From a bacterium (GTDB lineage: Bacteria; Patescibacteriota; Minisyncoccia; Phycocordibacterales; CAIZLB01): 64,000 nucleotides of DNA. The stretch is taken from the NCBI GenBank assembly GCA_043745355.1, contig JAYTSY010000011.1:16822-80821 (forward strand), read 5' to 3'. Position 1 is the first letter of the stretch; every line of letters starts with the position of its first letter. Of this stretch, positions 28,211 to 37,538 are shown piece by piece. A model generated the notes under the pieces. The model searched no databases. It saw nothing but the letters and a program-made list of their open reading frames with translations, and had not been told where the DNA came from. The position numbers and the translations under genes are program-made.

Positions 28211-28471
28211 TTATCGATACACATCATGACTCCCAATTTTCAATAAGTATATTTCTCCTTCTCTGCCAAATTCAAACACAACTCTAACACTCATATCTAC
28301 TGAGAATGAATAAAATTTAGATAACTGACCATGTAACTTATGCACATTGAGGGAAGGGTGCTTCTGATTATCTTTAAACAAATTAACCTTCTTTAATGCG
28401 AGCGTCTGCATTTTTTCTGGCAACTTCTCAAATTGTGATACAAACTTTTCTGTAAAAAATATATTAACCAT
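28211..28471 (-). CDS. RelE/YafQ-like mRNA interferase toxin
   Basis: HPSLNVHKLHG...SFSV..SVRVVF...IGSHDVY. Confidence 0.85.
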   Translation of the reverse strand: MVNIFFTEKFVSQFEKLPEKMQTLALKKVNLFKDNQKHPSLNVHKLHGQLSKFYSFSVDMSVRVVFEFGREGEIYLLKIGSHDVYR

Positions 28472-28694
28472 TCTTCTTACGGTTTTTAAGAATTGAAGCT
28501 AATTCACCACGATATACTCTCCCTTGCTCAACCTGTCGTGAAGCTTCGAATATTTCATTGATTTCCATCTCTTCTTGCATCAAGCGAATAGCACTGCGAA
28601 CAGCTTGCGCGCGATTCTCAGCTACGCCCGTTTTAATAAGCGAATCAACGAAATCTAAAAGGATTTTTGGCAATGGAATTGATATGGTAGTCAT
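28464..28694 (-). CDS. Ribbon-helix-helix antitoxin
   Basis: MTTISIPLP...VDSLIKTG..ENRAQAVRSAIR; overlaps the toxin start. Confidence 0.8.
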   Translation of the reverse strand: MTTISIPLPKILLDFVDSLIKTGVAENRAQAVRSAIRLMQEEMEINEIFEASRQVEQGRVYRGELASILKNRKKNG

Positions 28695-28847
28695 GATAGG
28701 TATATTATAATCTAATATAAAGTATTATATTGTCATATATTTGCCTGTCAACACCACTTTTTACTTCTTTTTAATAATAAGTGAAGTCTACTACTGAGAC
28801 ATGAATACTCCGTGAGTTTTTGATAAAAATCTGATAAGATATGCCTT

Positions 28848-30602
28848 ATGTCACACAACGAACTGGAACACATACGCCACTCACTCGCCCACCTCTTGGC
28901 AGCAGCTATTTTGGAGCTTTATCCTAAGGCCCTAAACACCATCGGCCCCGCTGTTGAAAACGGCTTTTACTATGACTTCGACTTTTCGTCTACTGGCTCA
29001 ACCATCTCAGAAAAAGAGTTCCCACTTATCCAAAAGAAGATGCGAGAAATCCTAAAAACATGGAAGACTTTCACACAGAAAGAAGTCTCCACAGATGAGG
29101 CAAAAGTATTTTTTGCTGACAATCCATACAAGCTCGAGCTCATTGACGACATCGCCGCAAAAGGTGAAAAAATCACCCTCTACACATCAGGACTTTTCAC
29201 TGACCTCTGTCGTGGTGGACACGTCGAGGATACGACTGATATCAAACCAGATTCATTCAAACTCGCACGGGTGGCTGGCGCGTATTGGAAAGGAAGCGAG
29301 GATAATAAAATGCTTACGCGTATTTATGGGTTGGCTTTTAACACAAAAGATGAGTTAGACGCATATGAAAAAATGATGGTGGAGGCAGAAAAAAATGATC
29401 ATAGAAAGTTAGGAAAAGAGCTAGAACTTTTTGCATTTGACGAAGACGTAGGACCTGGTCTCCCTCTCTGGCTTCCACGGGGCGCAGTCATCGTAGAGGA
29501 GCTTGAAAAACTTGCCAAAGAGACAGAGTTCAAGGGTGGCTATGATCGAGTGCGTACACCTCACCTCGCAAAAGAATCAATGTATTTGAAAAGTGGACAT
29601 CTTCCCTACTATGAAGAGTCAATGTACCCTCCGATGGAATACGAAGGTGGCAAATATTATTTGAAGGCGATGAATTGCCCGCATCACCATAAGATTTTTT
29701 CTGCAGTACCTCGTAGCTACAAACACTTGCCCCTCCGACTTGCTGAATACGGTACCTGCTATCGTCATGAAAAATCAGGTGAACTTTTCGGTCTTATGCG
29801 TGTCCGAACTCTACAGATGAATGATGCACATATATATTGTACAAAAGAACAATTTGCTGACGAGTTCCGAAAAGTAAATGACATATATCTCCACTATTTC
29901 AAAATATTCGGTGTTACCAAATACCGCATGCGTCTCTCAACTCATGATCCTAAAAAGCTCGGTGAGAAATTCGTAAACGAACCAGCACTCTGGAAAGAAA
30001 CTGAGGACATGGTTCGAAATGTGCTTATTGATTCAAAGATTGATTACATAGAGGTCGCGAACGAAGCCGCTTTTTATGGGCCAAAGATTGATGTGCAAGT
30101 ATGGAGCGCAATTGGCAGAGAGTTCACACTTGCCACAAATCAAGTCGACTTTGCAGTGCCAAAACGTTTTGACCTCACATTCACAAACAACAAAGGCGAA
30201 CAAGAAACTCCACTCTGTATTCACCGCGCACCACTTGGCACACACGAGCGATTTATCGGATTCCTCATTGAGCACTACGGTGGCAACTTCCCTCTCTGGC
30301 TCTCACCTATCCAAGTTAAAATCCTCCCTATCCGCGAACAGCACAATGCTTTTGCTCGTGAAATATATGACATGTTGCGAGACAAAGGAGTGCGTGCTGA
30401 AATAGATGACTCTGATGAAGGACTGGGTAAAAAAGTACGTGCGGCCAAAAATCAACGTGCGTTTTACTTCCTTGTGATTGGTGACAAGGAACTTGAGGCA
30501 AAAACTATCACAGTAGAATCTCGGGATGCTGGTAACCTAGGGGCGCAGACTGTTGAGGAATTTATTGCAAAAGTTTCAAAAGATATCCAAGATAGAGTTT
30601 AG
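28848..30602 (+). CDS. thrS: Threonine--tRNA ligase
   Basis: RHSLAHLLA, DLCRGGH, AMNCPHH, YRHEKSGEL.GLMRVR, IHRAPLGTHERF. Confidence 0.98.
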   Translation: MSHNELEHIRHSLAHLLAAAILELYPKALNTIGPAVENGFYYDFDFSSTGSTISEKEFPLIQKKMREILKTWKTFTQKEVSTDEAKVFFADNPYKLELIDDIAAKGEKITLYTSGLFTDLCRGGHVEDTTDIKPDSFKLARVAGAYWKGSEDNKMLTRIYGLAFNTKDELDAYEKMMVEAEKNDHRKLGKELELFAFDEDVGPGLPLWLPRGAVIVEELEKLAKETEFKGGYDRVRTPHLAKESMYLKSGHLPYYEESMYPPMEYEGGKYYLKAMNCPHHHKIFSAVPRSYKHLPLRLAEYGTCYRHEKSGELFGLMRVRTLQMNDAHIYCTKEQFADEFRKVNDIYLHYFKIFGVTKYRMRLSTHDPKKLGEKFVNEPALWKETEDMVRNVLIDSKIDYIEVANEAAFYGPKIDVQVWSAIGREFTLATNQVDFAVPKRFDLTFTNNKGEQETPLCIHRAPLGTHERFIGFLIEHYGGNFPLWLSPIQVKILPIREQHNAFAREIYDMLRDKGVRAEIDDSDEGLGKKVRAAKNQRAFYFLVIGDKELEAKTITVESRDAGNLGAQTVEEFIAKVSKDIQDRV

Positions 30603-30607
30603 CGTAT

Positions 30608-30648
30608 AAACAAAAAAGCGCCCGCGTACGCGGGCGCCTTTTTGTTTT
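30608..30648. terminator. Bidirectional terminator
   Basis: A-run GCGCCCGCG-TA-CGCGGGCGC T-run between convergent genes. Confidence 0.8.
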
Positions 30649-30657
30649 ATTTTTTAA

Positions 30658-32223
30658 TTACATTCCCAACTTTGACTTGTTTGTCATCTTGAAGATTTCA
30701 GCCTTTGTCATACCTGATGCAATTTGAGTTGATTGCACACCTGCTGTTGCAAGAACATTCTTGTTCTTACGTCGAGCGATAAGCATAAATGCTACGAATG
30801 CACTCCAGATAGTAAGTCCAACAAGGAAGAATACTGTCTTCATACTGAGGTCGATACCTGTTGCAGGAATCTGGCTCAAGTACACACCCGATACCGGAGT
30901 TCCATTTGAAGGTTCTCGGATCACAGTGACATTTGATACTGCACCTCCGACAGTTGTGTTACAAGTCGCTACGACACTTTGTCCGTTTGAGAACACAGTG
31001 ACCGATGCAGTCTTGTATCCAGGATTGTTGTAGTTCATGTAGACGCTCTGATTGTATCCCGAGAGACCATCAGTTCCGCTCCATGAGTAGGTGTAGTTAC
31101 CGACATTGTTATTGTAGTTATTGTTGTACGAGTTATTTGCATATCCTGAAGGATATACCGTCCATGTAACGCTCTGGTTCACACCTGCGTTTGTTGGGCT
31201 CGCGACACAATAAGCTGACAAGCTATTGTTGTTATTGTTTTGAACATTTACTGAACATGTTCGGCTGATAGACTGATTACCAGACTGTATAGTTACAGTC
31301 GCTGTTTTTGAGCCGTATGAGCTGAAGTGTCCTGTGAATGACTGACCCGAACTTGAGATACCGTCAGAACCTGACCATGAGTATGTATAGTTTCCATTTC
31401 CGCCAGTTGCAGAGGCTGAAAAGTATACATCCTGATTGATACCGACAGAGTTTGGGTTGATCGTACAATATCCTTCGAGGCCTGGAGTTGCAGGAGGAGT
31501 ATTTGTATTAGATGTTCCAGAAGGAACATTTACGACAACAGTATTATTGTTGACGTTATTGTTTGTGATGTTTCCAACGCTTGAGCTTGAATTCGCGCTT
31601 GAGCTTGAATTAGAAGTGTTTGCATTGTTGTTAGCAGCAGTGTTTGAGCTGTACACATATGAAGGAGTGGTATATGAAGAACCACCACAACTTGATCCAC
31701 AGCTAGGAGTCGTGTTGGGAACGTATCGAGGAGTTGAATATGAACTTCCGCAAGATGATGTACACCCTGCAATATAGCGTGATGTCGCGGGAACATATGA
31801 GTAGCTTGATCCACCACAAGACGAACATCCTGAGCTAGGAACATACGAAGGCGTATTGCTGTATGTATCATATCCATATGAAGGTGTAACACTGTATGTG
31901 TCATAACCATATGAAGGTGTCACACTGTACGTATCATAAGAATACGAAGGTGTAACACTGTAATATCTACTTTCAGGAACTATGTCCTTACCATCTTTAG
32001 AGCTATCCTTGCTATAATCCCTACCATAACCATCATCTGCTCCCGCATCAAATGCAGGACCTGAATAATAACTTGTACTTGCACCTTGGTCATAAAAGCC
32101 ATAACCCTCTTCATCCCATGCAAATGCGTGCGATGGTATAACCATAGCTGCCACAAAAAGAAACGCAAACGCGAATGTAATCTGGGCAAAGCCAATATTT
32201 TTTGTAATTGTTTTCATATTCAT
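30658..32223 (-). CDS. Secreted Ser/Tyr/Asn-rich surface protein with Ig/PKD-like repeats and a sortase-type C-terminal signal
   Basis: Signal peptide; YSVTPSY repeats; two YTYSWSG.DG modules; C-terminal IPATG, TM helix and RRKNK. Confidence 0.85.
   Translation of the reverse strand: MNMKTITKNIGFAQITFAFAFLFVAAMVIPSHAFAWDEEGYGFYDQGASTSYYSGPAFDAGADDGYGRDYSKDSSKDGKDIVPESRYYSVTPSYSYDTYSVTPSYGYDTYSVTPSYGYDTYSNTPSYVPSSGCSSCGGSSYSYVPATSRYIAGCTSSCGSSYSTPRYVPNTTPSCGSSCGGSSYTTPSYVYSSNTAANNNANTSNSSSSANSSSSVGNITNNNVNNNTVVVNVPSGTSNTNTPPATPGLEGYCTINPNSVGINQDVYFSASATGGNGNYTYSWSGSDGISSSGQSFTGHFSSYGSKTATVTIQSGNQSISRTCSVNVQNNNNNSLSAYCVASPTNAGVNQSVTWTVYPSGYANNSYNNNYNNNVGNYTYSWSGTDGLSGYNQSVYMNYNNPGYKTASVTVFSNGQSVVATCNTTVGGAVSNVTVIREPSNGTPVSGVYLSQIPATGIDLSMKTVFFLVGLTIWSAFVAFMLIARRKNKNVLATAGVQSTQIASGMTKAEIFKMTNKSKLGM
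31843..31963 (-). repeat. 33-bp coding tandem repeat, about 4 copies (YSVTPSYxYDT)
   Basis: GAAGGTGT(A/C)ACACTGTA core recurs at 33-bp spacing. Confidence 0.85.
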
Positions 32224-32284
32224 AATGTTAGTATTATATACCAAGAAACATATTAAGTCAAGTGCTATCCTCCTATAGGTTTAA

Positions 32285-32998
32285 TTAACCCTTAATATTG
32301 GCCATACTGACGTAATCCCCCTCTACGACATACCTATCTGCTTTGGTACCGAAACTATCGCATGTTGATAGAGTAATCATATTTGAAGAACCGTCAAATC
32401 GTACCCATGTATCATTCTTGTCCACCTTCTTTACGGTGCGTACTTTGTAGGTATATATACGGGTACCACTGTAAACAAGAATTTGATCTCCTGCTACTAG
32501 TGAGTGAATATCATTGAAAGCTTTGTATGCCTGATTCTGGACAACTGCGTAACCGGTGCTGTGTCCAAAGATGAACATATTCCCCGCTCCAGGATATCCT
32601 GAGCCTGGATAACGAACGACACCCCGTGTGAGTTCTTTGTCCAAATATTCAGGATTAGTTGATGAAGGATTCAAGATATTAATATCAACCTCCGCTTTCG
32701 GAATGACGATTCGAGTCGGTTGTTCAGCCGCGATAGTATGAGCTGATGGCTTTACTATCGTAGTATTAGACGCTGTGACCTTAGGAGATTGGATAGGCGC
32801 AGTAGGCGTATCATCAACCTTTGTCCCCATGACAAAAAGCTGTGCCCGCTCGAGAATACTCAAGTTGCCAGTATGTTCTTCGAACTCGCTCGGGAGCAAA
32901 TTGAATAGGGCAAGCACTGCCACGGTTCCGAGGAAGATCCCCGCAAACCAACCTATAAATTGCAATTCATGCTTTTGAAATAAGCCTTTGTTCATCAT
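32285..32998 (-). CDS. Sortase
   Basis: N-terminal TM helix; IFGHS, ITLSTC and downstream R (His-Cys-Arg triad). Confidence 0.92.
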   Translation of the reverse strand: MMNKGLFQKHELQFIGWFAGIFLGTVAVLALFNLLPSEFEEHTGNLSILERAQLFVMGTKVDDTPTAPIQSPKVTASNTTIVKPSAHTIAAEQPTRIVIPKAEVDINILNPSSTNPEYLDKELTRGVVRYPGSGYPGAGNMFIFGHSTGYAVVQNQAYKAFNDIHSLVAGDQILVYSGTRIYTYKVRTVKKVDKNDTWVRFDGSSNMITLSTCDSFGTKADRYVVEGDYVSMANIKG

Positions 32999-33078
32999 TA
33001 AATTATACTACCTTTATTAAAAATAGTCAATCTTGCTCCATTTGACATATGCATATTATATGATATAATCACCGTATT

Positions 33079-34260
33079 ATGGAAAATCAAAATAATACAT
33101 ACAGCGTCTTGCGAGTTTTGGTCATTGGAGGAATCCTCGCCATCCTCGTATTTTTGAGTATTGGTATCGTTCGTGTCATTCCACGAGCCCTTAACACACT
33201 CGCCTCAGCGAGCGTCTCACTCGGATCATTTTTCCGCACTTCAACAACTACTCCAGCAACATCTGGTGGATTCACAGAGACTACCCCACCAAGAGATGCA
33301 ACCACAACTATCTATATGCAAACTCCCGCAGCAACATCAACGTCTCCTGTTCCGAATCCGACACCCTACTCACCTCGCCCAGCAAACTCAGGTTTAACTG
33401 CGACACCTCATCCGTCATACGTGAACGGTACACCCGATCTCGCAGTGAGTATTCTTTCTCAAGGAATTACGGACAAGACAACGGGTCGCTTTGTCGCAAC
33501 AAATACATTTACCACAAGCGATACGGTAGTCGTAAAGTTCAAAGTTGAAAACCGAGGGACCGCACCCACTGGTACTTGGTCACTTCATGTAGTCATGCCT
33601 TCACAAAATACTGCTGACCAGATTCGTAATGTTTCAAATGTAGGTTCACTTCCTCCTGGATCTGCAGTAGAAGGGCAGGTCAATTTTGATCAGCCTACTG
33701 CAGGATCTCCTACTGTCACTCTCAGTGTTCAGACTGTTCTCCCTGCTCCAGAACTAAGCACAGCAAACGATACCGCTTCAACAGTTCTCTCTGTAAGTGG
33801 ATATAACAATGGAAATGGTAATGGCACTATTAATACTGGCTCACAGCCAGATCTGAGCGCTCGCGTTGTTGCTGTGGGAATTTTGAATAGCAATAATCAG
33901 TTCGTGCCAACATCTGTGTTCCATAGCTATGACCGCATCGCAGTCAAATTTGCTGTTTCAAACACAGGCTCAAACGCTACAGGTGCATGGAGTTTCCGTG
34001 CTGACATGAATGGCAATGGATATAATAACAACAATTACAATGGTAGTTACAACAACCAGAATTACAATAGTGGAAGCAAGACATACACATCTAACGAAAC
34101 AAGCATTTCAGGAAATACAACGTTAAATTACATCGTCGCGTTCGACAATGTCGCACAGGGTTACAACACGCTCAATATTTTACTCGATACATTCAATCAA
34201 GTGAGTGAATCGAATGAAGGAAACAATACATTGAATACTTCAGTAAATGTTACTTACTAA
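33079..34260 (+). CDS. Membrane-anchored protein with two CARDB-like domains
   Basis: N-terminal TM; PDL...VKF.V.N.G..TG.W repeated twice; ends VSESNEGNN. Confidence 0.8.
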   Translation: MENQNNTYSVLRVLVIGGILAILVFLSIGIVRVIPRALNTLASASVSLGSFFRTSTTTPATSGGFTETTPPRDATTTIYMQTPAATSTSPVPNPTPYSPRPANSGLTATPHPSYVNGTPDLAVSILSQGITDKTTGRFVATNTFTTSDTVVVKFKVENRGTAPTGTWSLHVVMPSQNTADQIRNVSNVGSLPPGSAVEGQVNFDQPTAGSPTVTLSVQTVLPAPELSTANDTASTVLSVSGYNNGNGNGTINTGSQPDLSARVVAVGILNSNNQFVPTSVFHSYDRIAVKFAVSNTGSNATGAWSFRADMNGNGYNNNNYNGSYNNQNYNSGSKTYTSNETSISGNTTLNYIVAFDNVAQGYNTLNILLDTFNQVSESNEGNNTLNTSVNVTY

Positions 34261-34261
34261 A

Positions 34262-34307
34262 TAATATAAAAAAACAGCCCGCGTAAGCGGGCTGTTTTTT
34301 TATATTA
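34262..34307. terminator. Bidirectional terminator
   Basis: AATATAAAAAAACAGCCCGC-GTAA-GCGGGCTGTTTTTTTATATT. Confidence 0.85.
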
Positions 34308-34324
34308 TAAGGGTTTGACCCCGA

Positions 34325-36430
34325 TTAAATATCGATGTTTGCGAGTTTTGCGTTGGTTTGAATGAACGTCTTTCGAGAAGGAACATCATTGCCCATCAGT
34401 ACTTCGATAATTTTGTCTGCCTCAGTTGCATCATCAACAGTTACCCGTTTCAATATACGTCGATTGATATCCATAGTTGTCTCGCCGAGCTCCTCGGCAT
34501 TCATCTCTCCGAGACCTTTGTATCGCTGAATGTGGACTTTAGGAGTACTCTTTACTTTACCCTTTGCATCTCCTTCATCTGTTCCCTCCTCTCCCTCCGC
34601 TGCCTCATCTTGAGTCTCGTTGTCAGTATCAGCAGTCTCTAGCTCCTCAGCCTTGATTCCCTCTTTCTTCAAGAATGAGTTTTTCTCATCGTCATTATAG
34701 AAATACATCACCTCTTTTCCTTTCTTCACTTTGTATAGTGGCGGTTGCGCAATATAAATAAATCCTCCATCGATAAGTGGTCTGAAATATCGATAGCAAA
34801 GTGTCAAAATGAGTGTACGAATGTGTGCACCGTCCACATCGGCATCTGTCGCGATAATGATTTTGTGGTATCGGAGTTTTGTAATATCAAATGTGTCGCC
34901 AATCGCAGTACCGAGCGCAACGACAAAGTTGCGGATCTGTTCTGAAGCGAGCATCTTGTCGAGTCGTGCTCGTTCAATGTTCAAGATCTTACCTCGAAGT
35001 GGAAGCACAGCTTGGGTGCGTCGATCTCGTCCCATTTTGGCGGTACCACCCGCAGAGTCTCCCTCCACAATGAAGAGTTCTGATTCCTCAGCACGACGAC
35101 TCGAGCAGTCGGCAAGCTTACCTGGGAGTGTCATACCTTCGAGTGCACCCTTTCGCAACACCGAGTCCTTGGCAGCCTTTGCGGCCTTGCGAGCTCGCAT
35201 AGCGAGAAGTCCCTTGTTAATGATAGCCTTGGCGTCATCGGGATTTTCTTCGAGAAATGCACTAAACGCTTCGCCGAAAACTGTTCCTGTTGCGCCTTGT
35301 GCCTCAGTCGATCCGAGTTTTGCTTTTGTCTGACCTTCGAACTGAATCTCGGGCATCTTGATGGAAACCACCGCAACGAGGCCTTCTTGTACATCATCTC
35401 CGGTCAAAGAATCGTTATCACCATCCTTGATGATATTATTTTTCTTTGCGTATGAATTGATGATGCGAGTGAGTGCAGTTTTGAATCCAGAAATATGAGT
35501 ACCTCCCTCAGAGTTAAAAGTGTTGTTCGCAAACGCAACGATCTTTACGTTGATATCATCAATGTATTGCAATGCTACTTCCACAGCGACATTACCCTGT
35601 TCTTTTTCTATATAGAAAATATTTTTGTGAAGCGGCTTCTGTGATTGATTGTAAAAAGCAACGAGCGATCGAAGACCTCCTTCGAAATAGAAGTTCATGG
35701 ACGGCATGTCTATCATTTCGTCCTTGAGGAAAAAAGTATCCTCAAGGACACGATCTATAATTTTTGCCTCAACACCACGTACATCGAGCACGTTGATTTC
35801 CAACCCCTTAACGAGATATGCTTGCTGTCGCAAATGATTCATGACCTTGCTCCAATCGTAAATAACACCTTCCTTGAAAATCTCGGCATCTGCCTTGAAC
35901 ATTACGATTGAACCACTCAGTTTTGTTTTGCCAGTCTGCTTTACTTTTGCAACCGGTTTACCGATCTTGTATTCCTGCATATAAATACCGCCGTCTTTAT
36001 GCACAGTAACTTTTGTGTGAACAGAGAGCGCGTTCACCACCGATGCGCCCACTCCATGAAGTCCTCCTGAAACCTTGTACCCCTCACCACCGAATTTTCC
36101 TCCCGCGTGAAGTGTGGTCATGATAGTTTCGAGGGCCGAAACTTTTGTCTTGGAGTGCATATCAACTGGAATACCTCGTCCATTGTCTACGACGCGAATG
36201 TATCCATCTGGGAGGAGTGCAACTTCAATACGGTTACAGTGGCCACCCATAGCTTCGTCACGAGAGTTATCAAAGATCTCAGTAATGAGATGGTGGAGAC
36301 CATCGGGTCCTGTCGTACCGATGTACATACCAGGACGTTTTCGAACAGGCTCGAGACCTTCGAGGACAGTGATCTCTTCGGCTCCATAATGAGGAACCTT
36401 AGGCTTTTTTTCGTCTTTTTCCTTTGCCAT
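34325..36430 (-). CDS. gyrB: DNA gyrase subunit B
   Basis: VRKRPGMYIG, DNGRGIP, SGGLHGVG, VEGDSAGG, PLRGKILN, TDADVDG, QRYKGLGEM. Confidence 0.96.
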   Translation of the reverse strand: MAKEKDEKKPKVPHYGAEEITVLEGLEPVRKRPGMYIGTTGPDGLHHLITEIFDNSRDEAMGGHCNRIEVALLPDGYIRVVDNGRGIPVDMHSKTKVSALETIMTTLHAGGKFGGEGYKVSGGLHGVGASVVNALSVHTKVTVHKDGGIYMQEYKIGKPVAKVKQTGKTKLSGSIVMFKADAEIFKEGVIYDWSKVMNHLRQQAYLVKGLEINVLDVRGVEAKIIDRVLEDTFFLKDEMIDMPSMNFYFEGGLRSLVAFYNQSQKPLHKNIFYIEKEQGNVAVEVALQYIDDINVKIVAFANNTFNSEGGTHISGFKTALTRIINSYAKKNNIIKDGDNDSLTGDDVQEGLVAVVSIKMPEIQFEGQTKAKLGSTEAQGATGTVFGEAFSAFLEENPDDAKAIINKGLLAMRARKAAKAAKDSVLRKGALEGMTLPGKLADCSSRRAEESELFIVEGDSAGGTAKMGRDRRTQAVLPLRGKILNIERARLDKMLASEQIRNFVVALGTAIGDTFDITKLRYHKIIIATDADVDGAHIRTLILTLCYRYFRPLIDGGFIYIAQPPLYKVKKGKEVMYFYNDDEKNSFLKKEGIKAEELETADTDNETQDEAAEGEEGTDEGDAKGKVKSTPKVHIQRYKGLGEMNAEELGETTMDINRRILKRVTVDDATEADKIIEVLMGNDVPSRKTFIQTNAKLANIDI

Positions 36431-36500
36431 AATGTCTCATTATTATAACAAAAATCCACTCACATCTATAGTTGACGGAGTGGATTTTGCGTTGCAAATA

Positions 36501-37226
36501 CTAGTTCTTCTTGCAATACAGAAGCGCTACGTATGGGTCCATGATATTAAATGCTTGTCCTCCTCCAGCGACGGTGCTGGTACGTTGTTCTGTACCATTT
36601 ATTCCACTGACATCAGGTCCTGCCTTGGCACGGCCTCCAGCGTTAGCACTCGTTACGTCATGAGTGTGAGCAACAAGTTCAGCGAGAGTCTGAATGTGCT
36701 TTTCCTCACCACCAGTTGATCCTCTCGCATGAGCCACATTAGTACCAATGATATTTCGGCCTGCTGCTGCTCCATAAGCTGACCACCCCGTAGGACATGC
36801 AGCGAGATCAAAAGGCAGAACTGCGCCAGCTGGGACCAAGCCATCACTACTAGTTGTTCCTCCAGACCCACCAGTCAAACCATTTGCATCGACACACACT
36901 GTTCCATCCTTATTACAATACTTGTCGGCTCCAATATTACCATCCGCAAGAACTTTCATACCTGCAGGAATTGGTAATGATGGATTGGAAGTCACTTTCA
37001 ATGTTGTATCAAAAATTGCATCAAAAAGAGAACGAAAGCCTGTTACTCGGAGAACTCCTTGCTTCTCCTGAACATTTGCACTCACATTGAGTGGGGCGTC
37101 TGCATTGTTTGTGGGAGGAGAAGAAGGGCGCGGATTCCACACGCTTGAGGCAACAGCATAATTGACTCCGAGAACTAATGCGATGATTCCTACTAAAACG
37201 GCTAATTGTTGAATGTGTTTGATCAT
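36501..37226 (-). CDS. Exported protein with a C-terminal phage tail-collar-like domain
   Basis: N-terminal hydrophobic segment; VPAGAVLPF..ACPTGW...GSTGGEEKH..T.AEL.AHTH...FNIMDPYVALLYCKK. Confidence 0.7.
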   Translation of the reverse strand: MIKHIQQLAVLVGIIALVLGVNYAVASSVWNPRPSSPPTNNADAPLNVSANVQEKQGVLRVTGFRSLFDAIFDTTLKVTSNPSLPIPAGMKVLADGNIGADKYCNKDGTVCVDANGLTGGSGGTTSSDGLVPAGAVLPFDLAACPTGWSAYGAAAGRNIIGTNVAHARGSTGGEEKHIQTLAELVAHTHDVTSANAGGRAKAGPDVSGINGTEQRTSTVAGGGQAFNIMDPYVALLYCKKN

Positions 37227-37247
37227 ATATTAATATTACTATTCCTA

Positions 37248-37526
37248 TTATTTTTGTAAATCGCTTTGAAAGTTACTTTTTTGCGAAGAACTCATCGTCC
37301 TCGTGCCCTTCGAATTGATCAGTGATCCTTGCAGGGCAGATGTATCACCCATAACGACGGTCGAGCTTGCCTCAAGGTCGCGATGCAGACTCTCCTCTCG
37401 AGTAAGTGCCTGCGGTGTACGATCAATCGAAACATAGTAACCTACTGTACCGAGAATGATTCCAACAATAATAATAATGATCATTATCGATGTCACTTTT
37501 GATGTTGATGACTTGGTAGGTTGCAT
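37248..37526 (-). CDS. Small single-TM hypothetical protein
   Basis: 92-aa ORF with an Ile-rich TM segment, co-oriented within the operon. Confidence 0.7.
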   Translation of the reverse strand: MQPTKSSTSKVTSIMIIIIIVGIILGTVGYYVSIDRTPQALTREESLHRDLEASSTVVMGDTSALQGSLINSKGTRTMSSSQKSNFQSDLQK

Positions 37527-37538
37527 AGTAGTTGGTAA

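Noticed and set aside
31843-31963. Regularly spaced repeats considered as a CRISPR array (also 60090-60230)
   Set aside because: They are in-frame coding tandem repeats with synonymous variation, with no unique spacers and no cas genes.
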